Shown here in pieces: positions 38,557-48,809 of a stretch of DNA of 60,656 nt (positions are counted from its first letter, which is position 1; every line of letters begins with the position of its first letter). The DNA comes from a virus (taxonomy: Duplodnaviria; Caudoviricetes): the IMG/VR virus record IMGVR_UViG_3300021197_000990, positions 1 through 60,656 of that record; one strand, given 5' to 3'. The translations under genes were made by a program, and so were the position numbers. The notes beneath the pieces are model-generated. The model saw nothing but the letters and a program-made list of their open reading frames with translations, was not told the DNA's origin and ran no database searches.

Positions 38557-39705
38557 TTAATCAGGAACGGTAACAATACAAGAGAACTCTTCTGAACTAT
38601 TATCGGTTACATCCTCTGGTCCAACTACAATTGTAGAGTAAGCTAAACCATTAGCTGCTTCACCACCGGTGCTTACTACATTTCTATTGGTTGAGTTGTC
38701 AACGTTTATTTGTGATCCGTTCTTCAACCACTGGTAGCTAGTAGGAGTTAACGTGCTTCCATCTTTAGCATCTGTTACTACAACTGATAAAGTTTTAGCA
38801 GAACCACTGTTGTTTTTAAAGACAACGCCACCAACACTAGAAGTTATAGCTACATTGATTGCTGCAGCACCTACTGCTCCATCTCTGACCTTAACGACAG
38901 TGATAACATCTGAGCCACCTGTAGCACCTGATACTTTTATAGCGTAAGTATCGTTTGCGCCTAGGTTTTCTTTAGATACAAGAAGACGTTGAGCGTTAAC
39001 AGGAATAGTTCCAGTCGTAGTAAAGACACCAGTGGTGTCATCATCAAAACCTTTTATTCCACCTGCTACATTCGAAGCTGAAGTTACAGCCGAGAACGGG
39101 TTACCGTTTAAAGATGTTTCATAGGTTTGAGAACCTGGAGAACCATCAGTTACGATAGTAAACTCTACGTCACCGTTGCCAGTAGCTAAGAATGTTCCAT
39201 CAGCTTCTGCAAAGAAAGCTTGCTTATTTGCTGTTAAGCTAATAACAGAACCACCTGCACCTTCATTGACCTTAACTAGTGTTAGTGTCAGAAGTACGGT
39301 TCCTGTAGATCCTTGCGCTGGATCTTTATATTCTACTGCAACTTGTACAGTACAAGAGTTTACGTTCGTAGTAGGTATAGTTGCTACTGTAAGAATACCT
39401 GTTGCAGGATCTACAGCTACAGACCAACCAGTACCACTAGTTACTTTAGTGTCTGTTGCTCCAGCGCCTACTGGTTTAATTCTAAACTCGTTATTCTGAA
39501 CGTTACCATCTGTGTTTAATGTCGCTAATGTGCTACCAATGTAGACTATTGCTTCTGTGCTGAATAACTGCCTTGTTGCAGTATCTACTACGCCAGAAGA
39601 GCTAGCTGCAAATGTATGGTTTTGGTTCGTGAGTACCGCTGCTATTGGGTTTGAGCCATCGTTAATATCTACAATGGTTACTGCCCCTCTTGCTATACGC
39701 GCCAT
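38557..39705 (-). CDS. Virion structural (tail) protein, beta-rich
   Basis: ARGAVTIVDINDG N-terminus shared with 37874-38545. Confidence 0.7.
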   Translation of the reverse strand: MARIARGAVTIVDINDGSNPIAAVLTNQNHTFAASSSGVVDTATRQLFSTEAIVYIGSTLATLNTDGNVQNNEFRIKPVGAGATDTKVTSGTGWSVAVDPATGILTVATIPTTNVNSCTVQVAVEYKDPAQGSTGTVLLTLTLVKVNEGAGGSVISLTANKQAFFAEADGTFLATGNGDVEFTIVTDGSPGSQTYETSLNGNPFSAVTSASNVAGGIKGFDDDTTGVFTTTGTIPVNAQRLLVSKENLGANDTYAIKVSGATGGSDVITVVKVRDGAVGAAAINVAITSSVGGVVFKNNSGSAKTLSVVVTDAKDGSTLTPTSYQWLKNGSQINVDNSTNRNVVSTGGEAANGLAYSTIVVGPEDVTDNSSEEFSCIVTVPD

Positions 39706-39716
39706 ATTGTTTCTCC

Positions 39717-40526
39717 TTAATCTGGTATATTAGAAACCTGAAGTTGTATCGGTTGTGATTTATCGATATCTTCAGATCCAATTGTTATTTCTCTTAATGC
39801 AGAGCCATGTATGTCATTGGCTTCTGTTGATGATGCGGGAGTTCCGATGCTACAGAACAAGGCACCTGGAGTTCCAGTAGCTAGTAATGGACTTTGTCCA
39901 CTGTTGATTACATTTCTACTTGCATCAACGCATACTACTTCTCCGCTCGGTACAGTCCATTCGTAGTCATACTGAGTGTGGGCTAAATCACTTTCATCAA
40001 AGCCTTCTCTAGACACTACTGCTTTAAGCGTAGTACTAGCACCATCAAAACGTAATGCTGTACCATTATTTGTAGCTACTCGCACATCTATTCTATCAGT
40101 CGCGTTAGAGAACACGCGAACAGGAGTAGACCAAGCATTTGCTGGTATTAACTCTACAGCTGCGGTGTCTGCTATATTTACTTGAATAGCGAATATAAAC
40201 TTATCCGATACAGGTAGTATTCTAGACCAACCATTCAGGTCTTGAGTAGATACTACTTTCTCAAATAAGCCGGTAGCATAAGTATATTGAGTATCAATTA
40301 ACAGATCTTCTGTAGGTGGAAGTATACTAGAAGTATAAGCCTTATATAGAATAAGAGTTACTGCATTTACTACATCACCTGTGGAACCACCAGTAGAACC
40401 ACCAGTGCCTGTGTTTACTTCAACTTGCACAGGAGCGCCCTGGCTACTTGCCAAGGCTGTGTTCACTTGGTTCATCCAAGAATCTAATTGTATATCTCCC
40501 GTAACAGGAGGTCTGATTATTGCCAT
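39717..40526 (-). CDS. Virion structural (tail) protein
   Basis: Position; C-terminus resembles that of 38557-39705. Confidence 0.65.
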   Translation of the reverse strand: MAIIRPPVTGDIQLDSWMNQVNTALASSQGAPVQVEVNTGTGGSTGGSTGDVVNAVTLILYKAYTSSILPPTEDLLIDTQYTYATGLFEKVVSTQDLNGWSRILPVSDKFIFAIQVNIADTAAVELIPANAWSTPVRVFSNATDRIDVRVATNNGTALRFDGASTTLKAVVSREGFDESDLAHTQYDYEWTVPSGEVVCVDASRNVINSGQSPLLATGTPGALFCSIGTPASSTEANDIHGSALREITIGSEDIDKSQPIQLQVSNIPD

Positions 40527-42700
40527 TATCTTCTTCCTCCTTTACCAATATCAAACTGCATACCACTAAGTCTCCAGCCGTTACCTGACTGAGCTAAGTC
40601 TGTTACTCTATAGCTTAAGAATCTTCCAGAGAACCTTGAATCTGTCTTGTACTCTTTACCAACAGTAAACGTAGAGTTTATATTAGGTAATGTAGAACTT
40701 GATAGAGGTTCTGCAAACGTTTCATCTAGCACATTAGTACCTCTGAATCGTAATTCTAAGTCAACATCTGGTTTATCAAAGCGATCTTTATTAACCCACA
40801 GAACTGTAGAGTTTACGCTTTCAACGTCAAACTCTGGAGTAAGTGGAGCTTCTACCCGCGTCACATAACTCTCGTAAGTGTTACCTAGATGATCTAAGTA
40901 GTAGCCTTTGAAGTCTGCTCCATATATGCTTTTACCATCTGTCAGGATAGGTCTAAGAATATTTGGGTTAACATTTGCACCAAGCGTAGTTCCATCCCAG
41001 TCTAGACTAGGACCCATATCAACTGATACAAAAGCTGGAATATCAAACTCAGACCAAACATTAAATCTGTAGTTCCATACTAACACTTCATTATTTAGAC
41101 CATCTGCGTTGTTATCCTTGTTGGGATAAACTATCCAGACTTCATTCTGTGATCTGTTAAACAACAGCTTCATGTTATCTAGCTTTTCAGTATTAAGCTT
41201 TTCATAAAAGTAACTCTGTACTCTGTCAGCAGCTAGCGATTCTATAGAAGCTGGATGACCAGAGAACTTATAGATATCGTTACTTCCTACTACTATATGG
41301 ACACCATTAAACTCTAGTACTGATCCTTCACTTAAAGCACCATAGGAGTATGAAATATCCTGTGCAATGTAAGGAGCAAATGAGTTATTAGTAGGCACAA
41401 TAGCATGTATAGAGTTGTTTGTATACACATACAAGTTACCTTGCATCTCTGCTAGTTCTGTGACAATACCTGTAGTTGCTAATTGAAACTCATCAGCGGT
41501 AGATACGCCAGCTGAGTATGGGTTCCAGTTATTAGGAATTGATCCTGGAGCAGCCACGTCAGATATTCTAATTACACCTGGCAAATCTCTAATACCTTTC
41601 TTAGCAGACACAATAGTATATCTAGCATTTGCGTAGTTACCTGCTGGTATTTGTGCTGTTACTTGTATCTGATTAGAAGCTGGTATGCTTCCTATAGTGT
41701 AGTATATCTTAGCTGGTTGAGTAAGAAGTATCTTGTCACCTACTACGAAGTTGTGATCTCTAGTGAATGTTATGATACGAGAACCATCAGTTGCTACTGA
41801 AGCTATTGTGGGACTATCTATCTCTGTGAGGTTACCTGCGACTAACTTATCGCCCCAAGCTTTTATTACACCACATCTTATTTGAACGGTATCAATAGAT
41901 CTTACAGATATAATAACGTTATCACCGTCTTCTAAGAATTCAGTAAATGCTCCTGCACCTACACCGCCTGGCGCTAGTGCCAGTGAAACAACGTGAGTAT
42001 TTGTTGTTGTGTCAAAGAATAAAGTAGCTTGCTGTTCTGTTCCTTCACCTTGAAGTACTTGACGAAACTTACGTGCGCCTGTTGCACCACTGATAACGTC
42101 TACTACAACATCGTTAGCTGTGAAGTCTACTTCTTCACCTATATCAAAGTCAGGTATATGGATTAGTGGATCATACTGATCGTTTATCTTATCAATCTTT
42201 GCATTGTATGAATCCCATCCAGGAAGTTCATAAGCTTCTAGAAAGCTAGCATTAGTATTGCCTTTCTCATCTAGTATGTAAACAGGCCTAGATGTTCCAT
42301 TGTTTAAAACTATAGCATATCCACCTTGAAATATAGTATGCTGCCAGCTAGATGTTGACGTCACTGTATAATTCAAGGATGTGTAGCTCTTTGTCTGAGC
42401 GTTCAATAGATACAGTTGATCTACATTTCCATTTGTTACAACTACTACGTAGTACAGACTCAGTGGTGCAATGTTTGGGTTGCTCCATGCTGCTACATAT
42501 TTTATATCAAATGAATCAGATAGAGGAGCAAGGTCAGCCTTAGTTATTAAGTTCTGACTACCTGTTGCTTTTTCTACTGAACTATCTTTAAAACGTACGT
42601 TCACTGCTGAAGTAAAACCTGAAGGTGGTATAGTAACGCTTGGTGAATCTTTGACCATGCCAATTGTATGTAAATTGCCTACTGGGATTATTGAACCCAT
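40526..42700 (-). CDS. Tail nozzle/stabilisation protein (tail tubular B-like)
   Basis: Size, NVRF near the N-terminus, propeller-like repeats, GRFLSYRV...GGRR end. Confidence 0.7.
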   Translation of the reverse strand: MGSIIPVGNLHTIGMVKDSPSVTIPPSGFTSAVNVRFKDSSVEKATGSQNLITKADLAPLSDSFDIKYVAAWSNPNIAPLSLYYVVVVTNGNVDQLYLLNAQTKSYTSLNYTVTSTSSWQHTIFQGGYAIVLNNGTSRPVYILDEKGNTNASFLEAYELPGWDSYNAKIDKINDQYDPLIHIPDFDIGEEVDFTANDVVVDVISGATGARKFRQVLQGEGTEQQATLFFDTTTNTHVVSLALAPGGVGAGAFTEFLEDGDNVIISVRSIDTVQIRCGVIKAWGDKLVAGNLTEIDSPTIASVATDGSRIITFTRDHNFVVGDKILLTQPAKIYYTIGSIPASNQIQVTAQIPAGNYANARYTIVSAKKGIRDLPGVIRISDVAAPGSIPNNWNPYSAGVSTADEFQLATTGIVTELAEMQGNLYVYTNNSIHAIVPTNNSFAPYIAQDISYSYGALSEGSVLEFNGVHIVVGSNDIYKFSGHPASIESLAADRVQSYFYEKLNTEKLDNMKLLFNRSQNEVWIVYPNKDNNADGLNNEVLVWNYRFNVWSEFDIPAFVSVDMGPSLDWDGTTLGANVNPNILRPILTDGKSIYGADFKGYYLDHLGNTYESYVTRVEAPLTPEFDVESVNSTVLWVNKDRFDKPDVDLELRFRGTNVLDETFAEPLSSSTLPNINSTFTVGKEYKTDSRFSGRFLSYRVTDLAQSGNGWRLSGMQFDIGKGGRR

Positions 42701-42709
42701 GTGACCTCC

Positions 42710-43159
42710 TTATAGTTTACTTCGAGAAACGCCTTTAGTTTTCTCAATCGTACGAAGTCCACCTAGTCCAAGCATACCTAATAGAACAGGTAGCATTGTT
42801 GCTAAGTCAACTTGTGGGAATATTATTGCTGAACCATCAGCTGTTGTTACACCTAATGTTGCAACTACGAAAGTGAACAATGGTGCTATTAAGAAGTTTA
42901 ATGCGAAACCTAATCCGCATACCCAACCTATAAACGGGCGCCAACCTGCCACGAAAGTATCGTCGCTTTTAGCTTCTTCTTTATTTAAATCAACTTGAGC
43001 AAGAGATAGCTCATGAGCATTTCTTTCAGCTAACGTTTCAATCTCAAACTTAAGTTGATCTTTAGTTAATTTCTTATCTTGGTAATCGCCTACTAAGTCA
43101 ATGATCTTATCAACCGCTCCACCAGAAAGCAAGTTACCTATAAATGATAGTACACTCAT
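42710..43159 (-). CDS. Holin (3TM, GTA-holin family)
   Basis: AGWRPFIGWVCG...LLGMLGLGGLRTIEK. Confidence 0.85.
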   Translation of the reverse strand: MSVLSFIGNLLSGGAVDKIIDLVGDYQDKKLTKDQLKFEIETLAERNAHELSLAQVDLNKEEAKSDDTFVAGWRPFIGWVCGLGFALNFLIAPLFTFVVATLGVTTADGSAIIFPQVDLATMLPVLLGMLGLGGLRTIEKTKGVSRSKL

Positions 43160-43182
43160 GGCATTCTCCTATTGCATAAATG

Positions 43183-43497
43183 TTAATTTAAAGATAGTTC
43201 TTCTTCCTTGCACTTAGTTTCTTTAGGTTCTTCGACCTTACTAAGATACAAGCATTTAACTACCGCTAAGTTTAAAAGTCCGTTAGCATTCACTAAACAT
43301 CTATCAGACTTTTTAAGTTTACACACCATTTGTTTATTTAACAAGTATGACACTGTAAATATAATTCCGGTGATGCTAGCTGTGATCAGCCAGTTAGTTG
43401 TTAGTAAAGATACAAAGTATGCTGACAGCAGAGATACTGATATCGTGATCATAATACTTTCTACTGCATTTATACTTCCGTGTTGTTTCTGTGGCAC
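43183..43497 (-). CDS. Possible membrane protein
   Basis: Two hydrophobic segments; GTG start. Confidence 0.5.
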   Translation of the reverse strand: MPQKQHGSINAVESIMITISVSLLSAYFVSLLTTNWLITASITGIIFTVSYLLNKQMVCKLKKSDRCLVNANGLLNLAVVKCLYLSKVEEPKETKCKEEELSLN

Positions 43498-43501
43498 GTG
43501 G

Positions 43502-43804
43502 TTACTCCTTCTTGAGCTGTGCTGAGAGCATTAAGTCAAGCTTAGACTCTACTGAGCTGAGCTGTTTCTCTAATGATCTTCTTGATTCGTTAGCTGAATG
43601 ATGATGGTCTGTTAATTTAGATACGGACTTATACATTGATGCTGAAGCACCTCCGTGTAGTGTTTCTAATTTAGCCAGACCTTCTGCTATGTTTGCTAAT
43701 CTCTTGCTGGTCTCTTCTTGTTTGCTTATCAGCATTCGTAACCAGTATATAACCGGTACGACTACAAGAATTACTGCGTCTTTTACTAGATCAAACCATT
43801 CCAA
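43502..43804 (-). CDS. Membrane-anchored coiled-coil protein
   Basis: AGGAG RBS; N-terminal hydrophobic helix. Confidence 0.65.
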   Translation of the reverse strand: MEWFDLVKDAVILVVVPVIYWLRMLISKQEETSKRLANIAEGLAKLETLHGGASASMYKSVSKLTDHHHSANESRRSLEKQLSSVESKLDLMLSAQLKKE

Positions 43805-43843
43805 TGTAATTCTCCTATTGGTTAGCTACTTGTCCTCTAGTAG

Positions 43844-44935
43844 TTATTGTTGTTGTATTGTCTTAAGAACTGCGCAAACATTAAACCGTGTTATTCCTGA
43901 TAAGTCATCACGAACTATAAGCTCTATTCTTTGGTTCTTAGATTCATCAACGAGTAAAGTATCCTCAGGTAGATTTATCTCAGCAATGATAGTAACATTG
44001 TTATTAGTTCCAAAGGCTTCTACATGAGTGTCACCCCAGCTTAGTATAGAGAATAAATCTCTCGCATCTAAAGCTGCAAATACTTGGCGATCATCCCGTA
44101 AAACTAGTTCTATACCTTTAGTTAACTCTGGTATTCCAAAGAATTCTAAAGAGTCTAGCTCAGTCTTACCTGTAGTAACTGCTGTAAATCTCACACTTGA
44201 GATGTAAGCTTTCTGACCTTGTGCCGCTGAAGCAGTGAACCTAATGTTATCTGAAAGATCTGGAGTGGTTGTAGATATAAGCTTAACAGAGTCTAAGTAG
44301 TACTCAGGCGCACTACCTTTACCTTGATCTATAGTCGTGAAGATAAAAGCATTAACAGAACTTGATTGAGCAATAAAATCAGACATTGGAATATCAGCCA
44401 CTTGCCAAGTTCCTATGTTTGAAGTGTCAACGTAGTCAGATAAATTTATAGAAGAAGATACTTGTTGATTATTAGACAACATAGCTATTCTTACTTCTTT
44501 GATATCTCTAGTTTCCCAGTCATTAATGTTAACTCTCAACATCAATCTTTCAAAAGATAGTGGGTTGATTGGCGAGTCAGATAATGTGAAACTATCGTTG
44601 TTCTTGAAGTTCGTTACATCTATCACGTTAACACCTTCAGCTCCTGCAATTCCTGATCTTGTGAAGTTGACATCATTGTCACCTGTCAAATCGGTGCCAG
44701 TCCAACTCTCAACACCACCTTCGGTGTATATGATTGTCTCTGTGGTTACTGCTGTTGCTATTGGATTGATAGCTGCATTTCTACCAAACTTACTATTTAC
44801 TAGATACTTAACATCATATTGTTGATGAAGTAGTGGGTGAGTGTAAGCTACAAGTCCGGTTGGGGTATCACCGTGCTTTGTAACGGTAACAGTCTCTCGA
44901 CTGCCACTCCCTTTTATCTCGAACTTAGCTGCCAT
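43844..44935 (-). CDS. Virion structural protein with a possible carbohydrate-binding insert
   Basis: WQVADIPMSDF and YYLDSVKL resemble CBM beta-sandwiches. Confidence 0.6.
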   Translation of the reverse strand: MAAKFEIKGSGSRETVTVTKHGDTPTGLVAYTHPLLHQQYDVKYLVNSKFGRNAAINPIATAVTTETIIYTEGGVESWTGTDLTGDNDVNFTRSGIAGAEGVNVIDVTNFKNNDSFTLSDSPINPLSFERLMLRVNINDWETRDIKEVRIAMLSNNQQVSSSINLSDYVDTSNIGTWQVADIPMSDFIAQSSSVNAFIFTTIDQGKGSAPEYYLDSVKLISTTTPDLSDNIRFTASAAQGQKAYISSVRFTAVTTGKTELDSLEFFGIPELTKGIELVLRDDRQVFAALDARDLFSILSWGDTHVEAFGTNNNVTIIAEINLPEDTLLVDESKNQRIELIVRDDLSGITRFNVCAVLKTIQQQ

Positions 44936-45516
44936 TATCCTGAGTAGCTATCTGCACCTACAACAGAGAACTCTACACCGGCTTGAATAACCCCACCGGT
45001 ATTGTCTCCAACGTAGTTAACAGCAATAGCTTTGCCTGGTGGAATTAACAAACTTCCATCTACATCTATTAAGTTATTCGTTAAGCTTGGATAGTTCTTA
45101 GTCACAGTTGAGCCAGTGGCGTTGAAGCCATTCTCATAGCACACAGTTCCGCTAAGCACTGGACTACCACTAGTTAAGTTAACAGGAACTTTAATAGAAC
45201 CACCTGATGTATATTCAGCATCCATCTCTATATTGAAGTAGTTAGAAGCATTAGGAACTGCAGTACCTCCAGTAAGTCCAACATGACTTAACTTAAACTT
45301 CTTAACAGCTATTATGTCGCTCTGGTTTTCATTCTTTAGATAGATAACACCTACTGTTCCGTTCACAGGAGTGACTTCACCAAATGCGTAAAACGTTTTC
45401 TGATAGTCTTTAGCTATCAAATGGTCAAATGGAATATTAAAAGCAGCAGTTAAAACTCGGTTGTCCTCATCTACTGCAGCTAGCTTTCCATTACCTATAC
45501 CTGATTCAATTATCAT
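44935..45516 (-). CDS. Virion structural protein (paralogue of 45697-46281)
   Basis: Shared N-terminus, YLKN/YIKN and IPPG motifs. Confidence 0.7.
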   Translation of the reverse strand: MIIESGIGNGKLAAVDEDNRVLTAAFNIPFDHLIAKDYQKTFYAFGEVTPVNGTVGVIYLKNENQSDIIAVKKFKLSHVGLTGGTAVPNASNYFNIEMDAEYTSGGSIKVPVNLTSGSPVLSGTVCYENGFNATGSTVTKNYPSLTNNLIDVDGSLLIPPGKAIAVNYVGDNTGGVIQAGVEFSVVGADSYSG

Positions 45517-45517
45517 A

Positions 45518-45691
45518 TTATTCTCCTAAGTCTTTCACATCATCTTCATTGATGCGCAAGCCTGATAATTCTGAAAGATGCAAATCGAGTTTCTTTAGCT
45601 CAATCAGTATCTCGTGTAATAACTCTTTCGTATCTCTTTGAGTCTCGTCAAGAGTTATCTTTCCAAAAGCATTTACTAAATCTTTAGCCAT
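45518..45691 (-). CDS. Hypothetical protein, 57 aa (not in ORF track)
   Basis: MAKDLVNAFG...LLHEILIELKKL...; fills the gap. Confidence 0.65.
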   Translation of the reverse strand: MAKDLVNAFGKITLDETQRDTKELLHEILIELKKLDLHLSELSGLRINEDDVKDLGE

Positions 45692-45696
45692 AGCGA

Positions 45697-46281
45697 TTAC
45701 TCTTTGTAACCAGCGAAACCAATATAGTAGTCTGCTGAACCACCTGCGGTGTCTACTGTGATACCGAAAGCTTGACCTGGTGGAATAGCTAAGTCGATGC
45801 TAGCAAACAATCTTCCAGAACCTTGAATTAAGAAAGCGTTTGGTGTACTAGGCACTGTATCGAATGTGCGGCCACCTGTTGTTGCATCGTACGCGATTAC
45901 ATCATTGAAGTCTTCTATAGCTCCAGCCTGTCTGTTAGGTATATCTATTCTGTTAGCTTCTGAAATAAGTGTTCCACCTGTTGGATTCTGATATACTTTA
46001 ATTTTAAAGATACCATTAGATCCTGGTGTTACATTCCAAAAACCACCAAACAAGTTTACTAGTTCTAGTTCTTCATCTGAGTTGTTCTTAATATAAAGAA
46101 CTGCTTGCTCACCTGAAGTAGCTGATAACGTCTTATCAAAAGAGTTAATGTTAAACGCTTTACCATTTTCTACCGCAACTCGGTAAACCGACTCAGTAGT
46201 CGCTTCTACTTCTAATTGATTATTGCTATTAACTTTAGCTCTATAGTTAGAGCCTGTGCCGTCTATAATAGTGCCAGCCAT
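45697..46281 (-). CDS. Virion structural protein
   Basis: AAGGAG RBS; paralogy with its neighbour. Confidence 0.7.
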   Translation of the reverse strand: MAGTIIDGTGSNYRAKVNSNNQLEVEATTESVYRVAVENGKAFNINSFDKTLSATSGEQAVLYIKNNSDEELELVNLFGGFWNVTPGSNGIFKIKVYQNPTGGTLISEANRIDIPNRQAGAIEDFNDVIAYDATTGGRTFDTVPSTPNAFLIQGSGRLFASIDLAIPPGQAFGITVDTAGGSADYYIGFAGYKE

Positions 46282-46292
46282 GTTAATTCTCC

Positions 46293-46925
46293 TTATTCAC
46301 AGAACCAGAACGAAAAGTCTCCGTCCTTGTTCACGTTAGTCTGTATCCATAGGAAGCCTGTATCATCAGGAGCTTCATCTTGGATATAAATTTTATTACC
46401 TTGAGGTTCAAGTGTTTCTACTAAAACATTCACTTGGGTTGGATCAGTTATATCTTGAGATACAGCTACGTTATCTCCAACAAAGTTTATAGTAGCAATA
46501 TCAGAAGCTACTGATGTTCCTTGGTTTAAAACATCTATATTAGCATCTGCTCCATCAGCTCCATCTTGTCCAGCAGGACCTTGAGGTCCAGTAGGTCCAA
46601 CAGGGCCAGGAGGTCCTATGATTACCTCAGTCTCAGTAACACTACCATCAGATTGCTCGAATGATGATCCAGAGCTCCCTGTTGATGTCGTCTGAGATCC
46701 AATTGATTTACGGGTAGTAACTACTGAGCCTCCAGTAAAAGCGCTCCCAGAGGACTCCGTAGGAGTCGAGACGTTAGCTACTTTACTTTTACTTAAGCTA
46801 GTTACTGAATCAATCGCAAAACTACTACCTGAAGCATCAAGCTCTGTAGATAGTTGTTCTGTGGTTTCATCAGTTAACGACGGGCTAGTATCACCACCAA
46901 ATGCTCCACCTAATGATTTAGACAT
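46293..46925 (-). CDS. Collagen-repeat fibre protein
   Basis: GPPGPVGPTGPQGPAGQDGADG. Confidence 0.75.
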   Translation of the reverse strand: MSKSLGGAFGGDTSPSLTDETTEQLSTELDASGSSFAIDSVTSLSKSKVANVSTPTESSGSAFTGGSVVTTRKSIGSQTTSTGSSGSSFEQSDGSVTETEVIIGPPGPVGPTGPQGPAGQDGADGADANIDVLNQGTSVASDIATINFVGDNVAVSQDITDPTQVNVLVETLEPQGNKIYIQDEAPDDTGFLWIQTNVNKDGDFSFWFCE

Positions 46926-46936
46926 TTGCTATCTCC

Positions 46937-47872
46937 TTAGATAAAACCATGACCACTATAGTTAACTCTGATATTACCACCAGATGCTTTACGACGGCGC
47001 TCTTCTTGATTAAGCTCATCCATAGCATTTAAGAATCTTTGGTAGTACTTCTGACTCTGATCTTCTTCTTGTAAGTAATCAAAGCATCTATGTAGTGCAC
47101 CGAATAATAGAACACGTTCGTTCTCATCTCGTAACCAGTTAGACACTTGAGTTACTGAACGTACATATGAACCTTCTACAATTGAGAATGTTTTACGTGT
47201 TGTAGGGTTCAATGCCGCATGTTCAACTGGTGTTAGTACTTCATATAACTCAGGAGCTGCTTGAGCTGCTGCAAGAGTTAGACCTGTTGGAAGAGCTACA
47301 CGAGCATCAAGTGCTGCTAGTCTACGATAGTAGTGAACTTCAATAACGTCATCAACATCGATGTGTCCTGATAACAAGATAGACCCTTGCTTACGTGACC
47401 AGAAGTTATATGATACTTTATCATGGTTCAAATCGTAGTACGTTCTTATGTCACTCTTCTGATCGAATACTGGATCAGAGTATGTATGAGTAACTACTGG
47501 TACACCATCAGCATCTAGTATGACATTGTCTGAACCGTCTCTAGTTGCTTTACCAGCAGATCTGATGTGGATGAATGATACTAGACTACCTGGTACAGGA
47601 ATCTCAGCATCTTGTATACCATCAGCTGTTATCTTCTTTAATGTTCCTACTCCAACGTTAGATGAATCTCCGCCAGTGTATGTAGGAGCTACACCATCTT
47701 CAGTTAGTACGAAGTATGAAGTAAACTCTAGTGGTGGTATCTCTAAACGACGATATGCTTCATCGGCTGAGTATCTTAAAGCTGAAGTAATGATAGAGTC
47801 TGATAATGCTTGGGTGTCTCGGTTTGCCCAATCGCGAACTAGATCAACTAGCTCATCATAAAATAGTGACAT
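46937..47872 (-). CDS. Head-tail adaptor (tail tubular A-like)
   Basis: YDELVDLVRDWANR...NWL...LLFGAL...YL pattern. Confidence 0.7.
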   Translation of the reverse strand: MSLFYDELVDLVRDWANRDTQALSDSIITSALRYSADEAYRRLEIPPLEFTSYFVLTEDGVAPTYTGGDSSNVGVGTLKKITADGIQDAEIPVPGSLVSFIHIRSAGKATRDGSDNVILDADGVPVVTHTYSDPVFDQKSDIRTYYDLNHDKVSYNFWSRKQGSILLSGHIDVDDVIEVHYYRRLAALDARVALPTGLTLAAAQAAPELYEVLTPVEHAALNPTTRKTFSIVEGSYVRSVTQVSNWLRDENERVLLFGALHRCFDYLQEEDQSQKYYQRFLNAMDELNQEERRRKASGGNIRVNYSGHGFI

Positions 47873-47881
47873 GATCTACTC

Positions 47882-48163
47882 CTACCATTTAACTTTATTA
47901 GCCCAATAAGCAGCACTCATTGGACCTTTCTTAATATTGGCTGCATGTCTTGCTTTAAAGCTTTTCTTACGCGCTTTATCTTTTGCAGACTTCGGAGACT
48001 TACCAGCTCCAGACACGCCTTGTTGTCCGAATCTAATAGTCTTAACTTGGTCACCACTCTTAGCTACAACTACGTGTGACTTAGATGGATGACTTGGAGT
48101 ACGCTTCGGTTTATTAAAACCTAGTACTCCGGCTCTTTTAAGCCGTGGATCTTTTGTGGACAT
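47882..48163 (-). CDS. Conserved basic phage protein (DUF6321-like)
   Basis: NKPKRTP..KSHVV..IRFGQQG..SFKARH..SAAYWA..KW. Confidence 0.8.
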   Translation of the reverse strand: MSTKDPRLKRAGVLGFNKPKRTPSHPSKSHVVVAKSGDQVKTIRFGQQGVSGAGKSPKSAKDKARKKSFKARHAANIKKGPMSAAYWANKVKW

Positions 48164-48172
48164 GATGCACTC

Positions 48173-48487
48173 CTAGTACGACATCAAGTATGGGTATTCA
48201 GATCTTATAATCTTCATTAGTTTTACTACTGCATCTTTATCATGCATGAACATTGGATCGTGAATGTTTAGTCCGTACTTGTAATTAATTTCAATAGCTA
48301 CGATATCAGGTATAGTACAAGCTTTCTTATAGCCAGTATCTTTCATTGTACCTGCCATCTCTCTATCTTGCTTAGCTGCTTCAACAAATGCTCTGTGATC
48401 TTGAGTTGCTTTGAACTGCATAGTTTCAGTATCGATCTGAGCGTTTAATCCTGCAGATGTTTTAATGTTCTTAATATTTTTACTCAT
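48173..48487 (-). CDS. Conserved phage protein downstream of the capsid gene
   Basis: ORF with GAGG RBS. Confidence 0.7.
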   Translation of the reverse strand: MSKNIKNIKTSAGLNAQIDTETMQFKATQDHRAFVEAAKQDREMAGTMKDTGYKKACTIPDIVAIEINYKYGLNIHDPMFMHDKDAVVKLMKIIRSEYPYLMSY

Positions 48488-48505
48488 AATGTCCTCTGAT
48501 ATCTA

Positions 48506-48733
48506 TTATGCTATTGCGTTAAAACTTCCTGACTTATTAATAAAGCCAAGCTTAGCGTTATTGATAGTTGTAGCTGTTGAGCCTTGTACAAAAACTGCAC
48601 TGCCAATGCTATACTTCTTAGTTGTGTCGTTCCAAGCTGGAGTTCCCCATACACAATTCTCTGCAGGAAGGATTACTGTACCTGCTGGAATACCTGTAGG
48701 TGGGGTTGTAAATGAACCTTGAATTACTAACAT
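48506..48733 (-). CDS. Hypothetical protein (possible capsid decoration)
   Basis: AGGAG RBS; follows the capsid gene. Confidence 0.65.
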   Translation of the reverse strand: MLVIQGSFTTPPTGIPAGTVILPAENCVWGTPAWNDTTKKYSIGSAVFVQGSTATTINNAKLGFINKSGSFNAIA

Positions 48734-48755
48734 AATTTTCTCCTAGTTATGTTTT

Positions 48756-48785
48756 AAAAAATAAAGGAGAGACCGAAGTCCCTCC
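48756..48785 (-). terminator. Terminator after the major capsid gene
   Basis: GGAGGGAC-TTCG-GTCTCTCC-TTTATTTTTT on the minus strand, analogous to T7 Tphi. Confidence 0.88.
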
Positions 48786-48809
48786 AAATATTATTATATT
48801 ATTTCTGTC

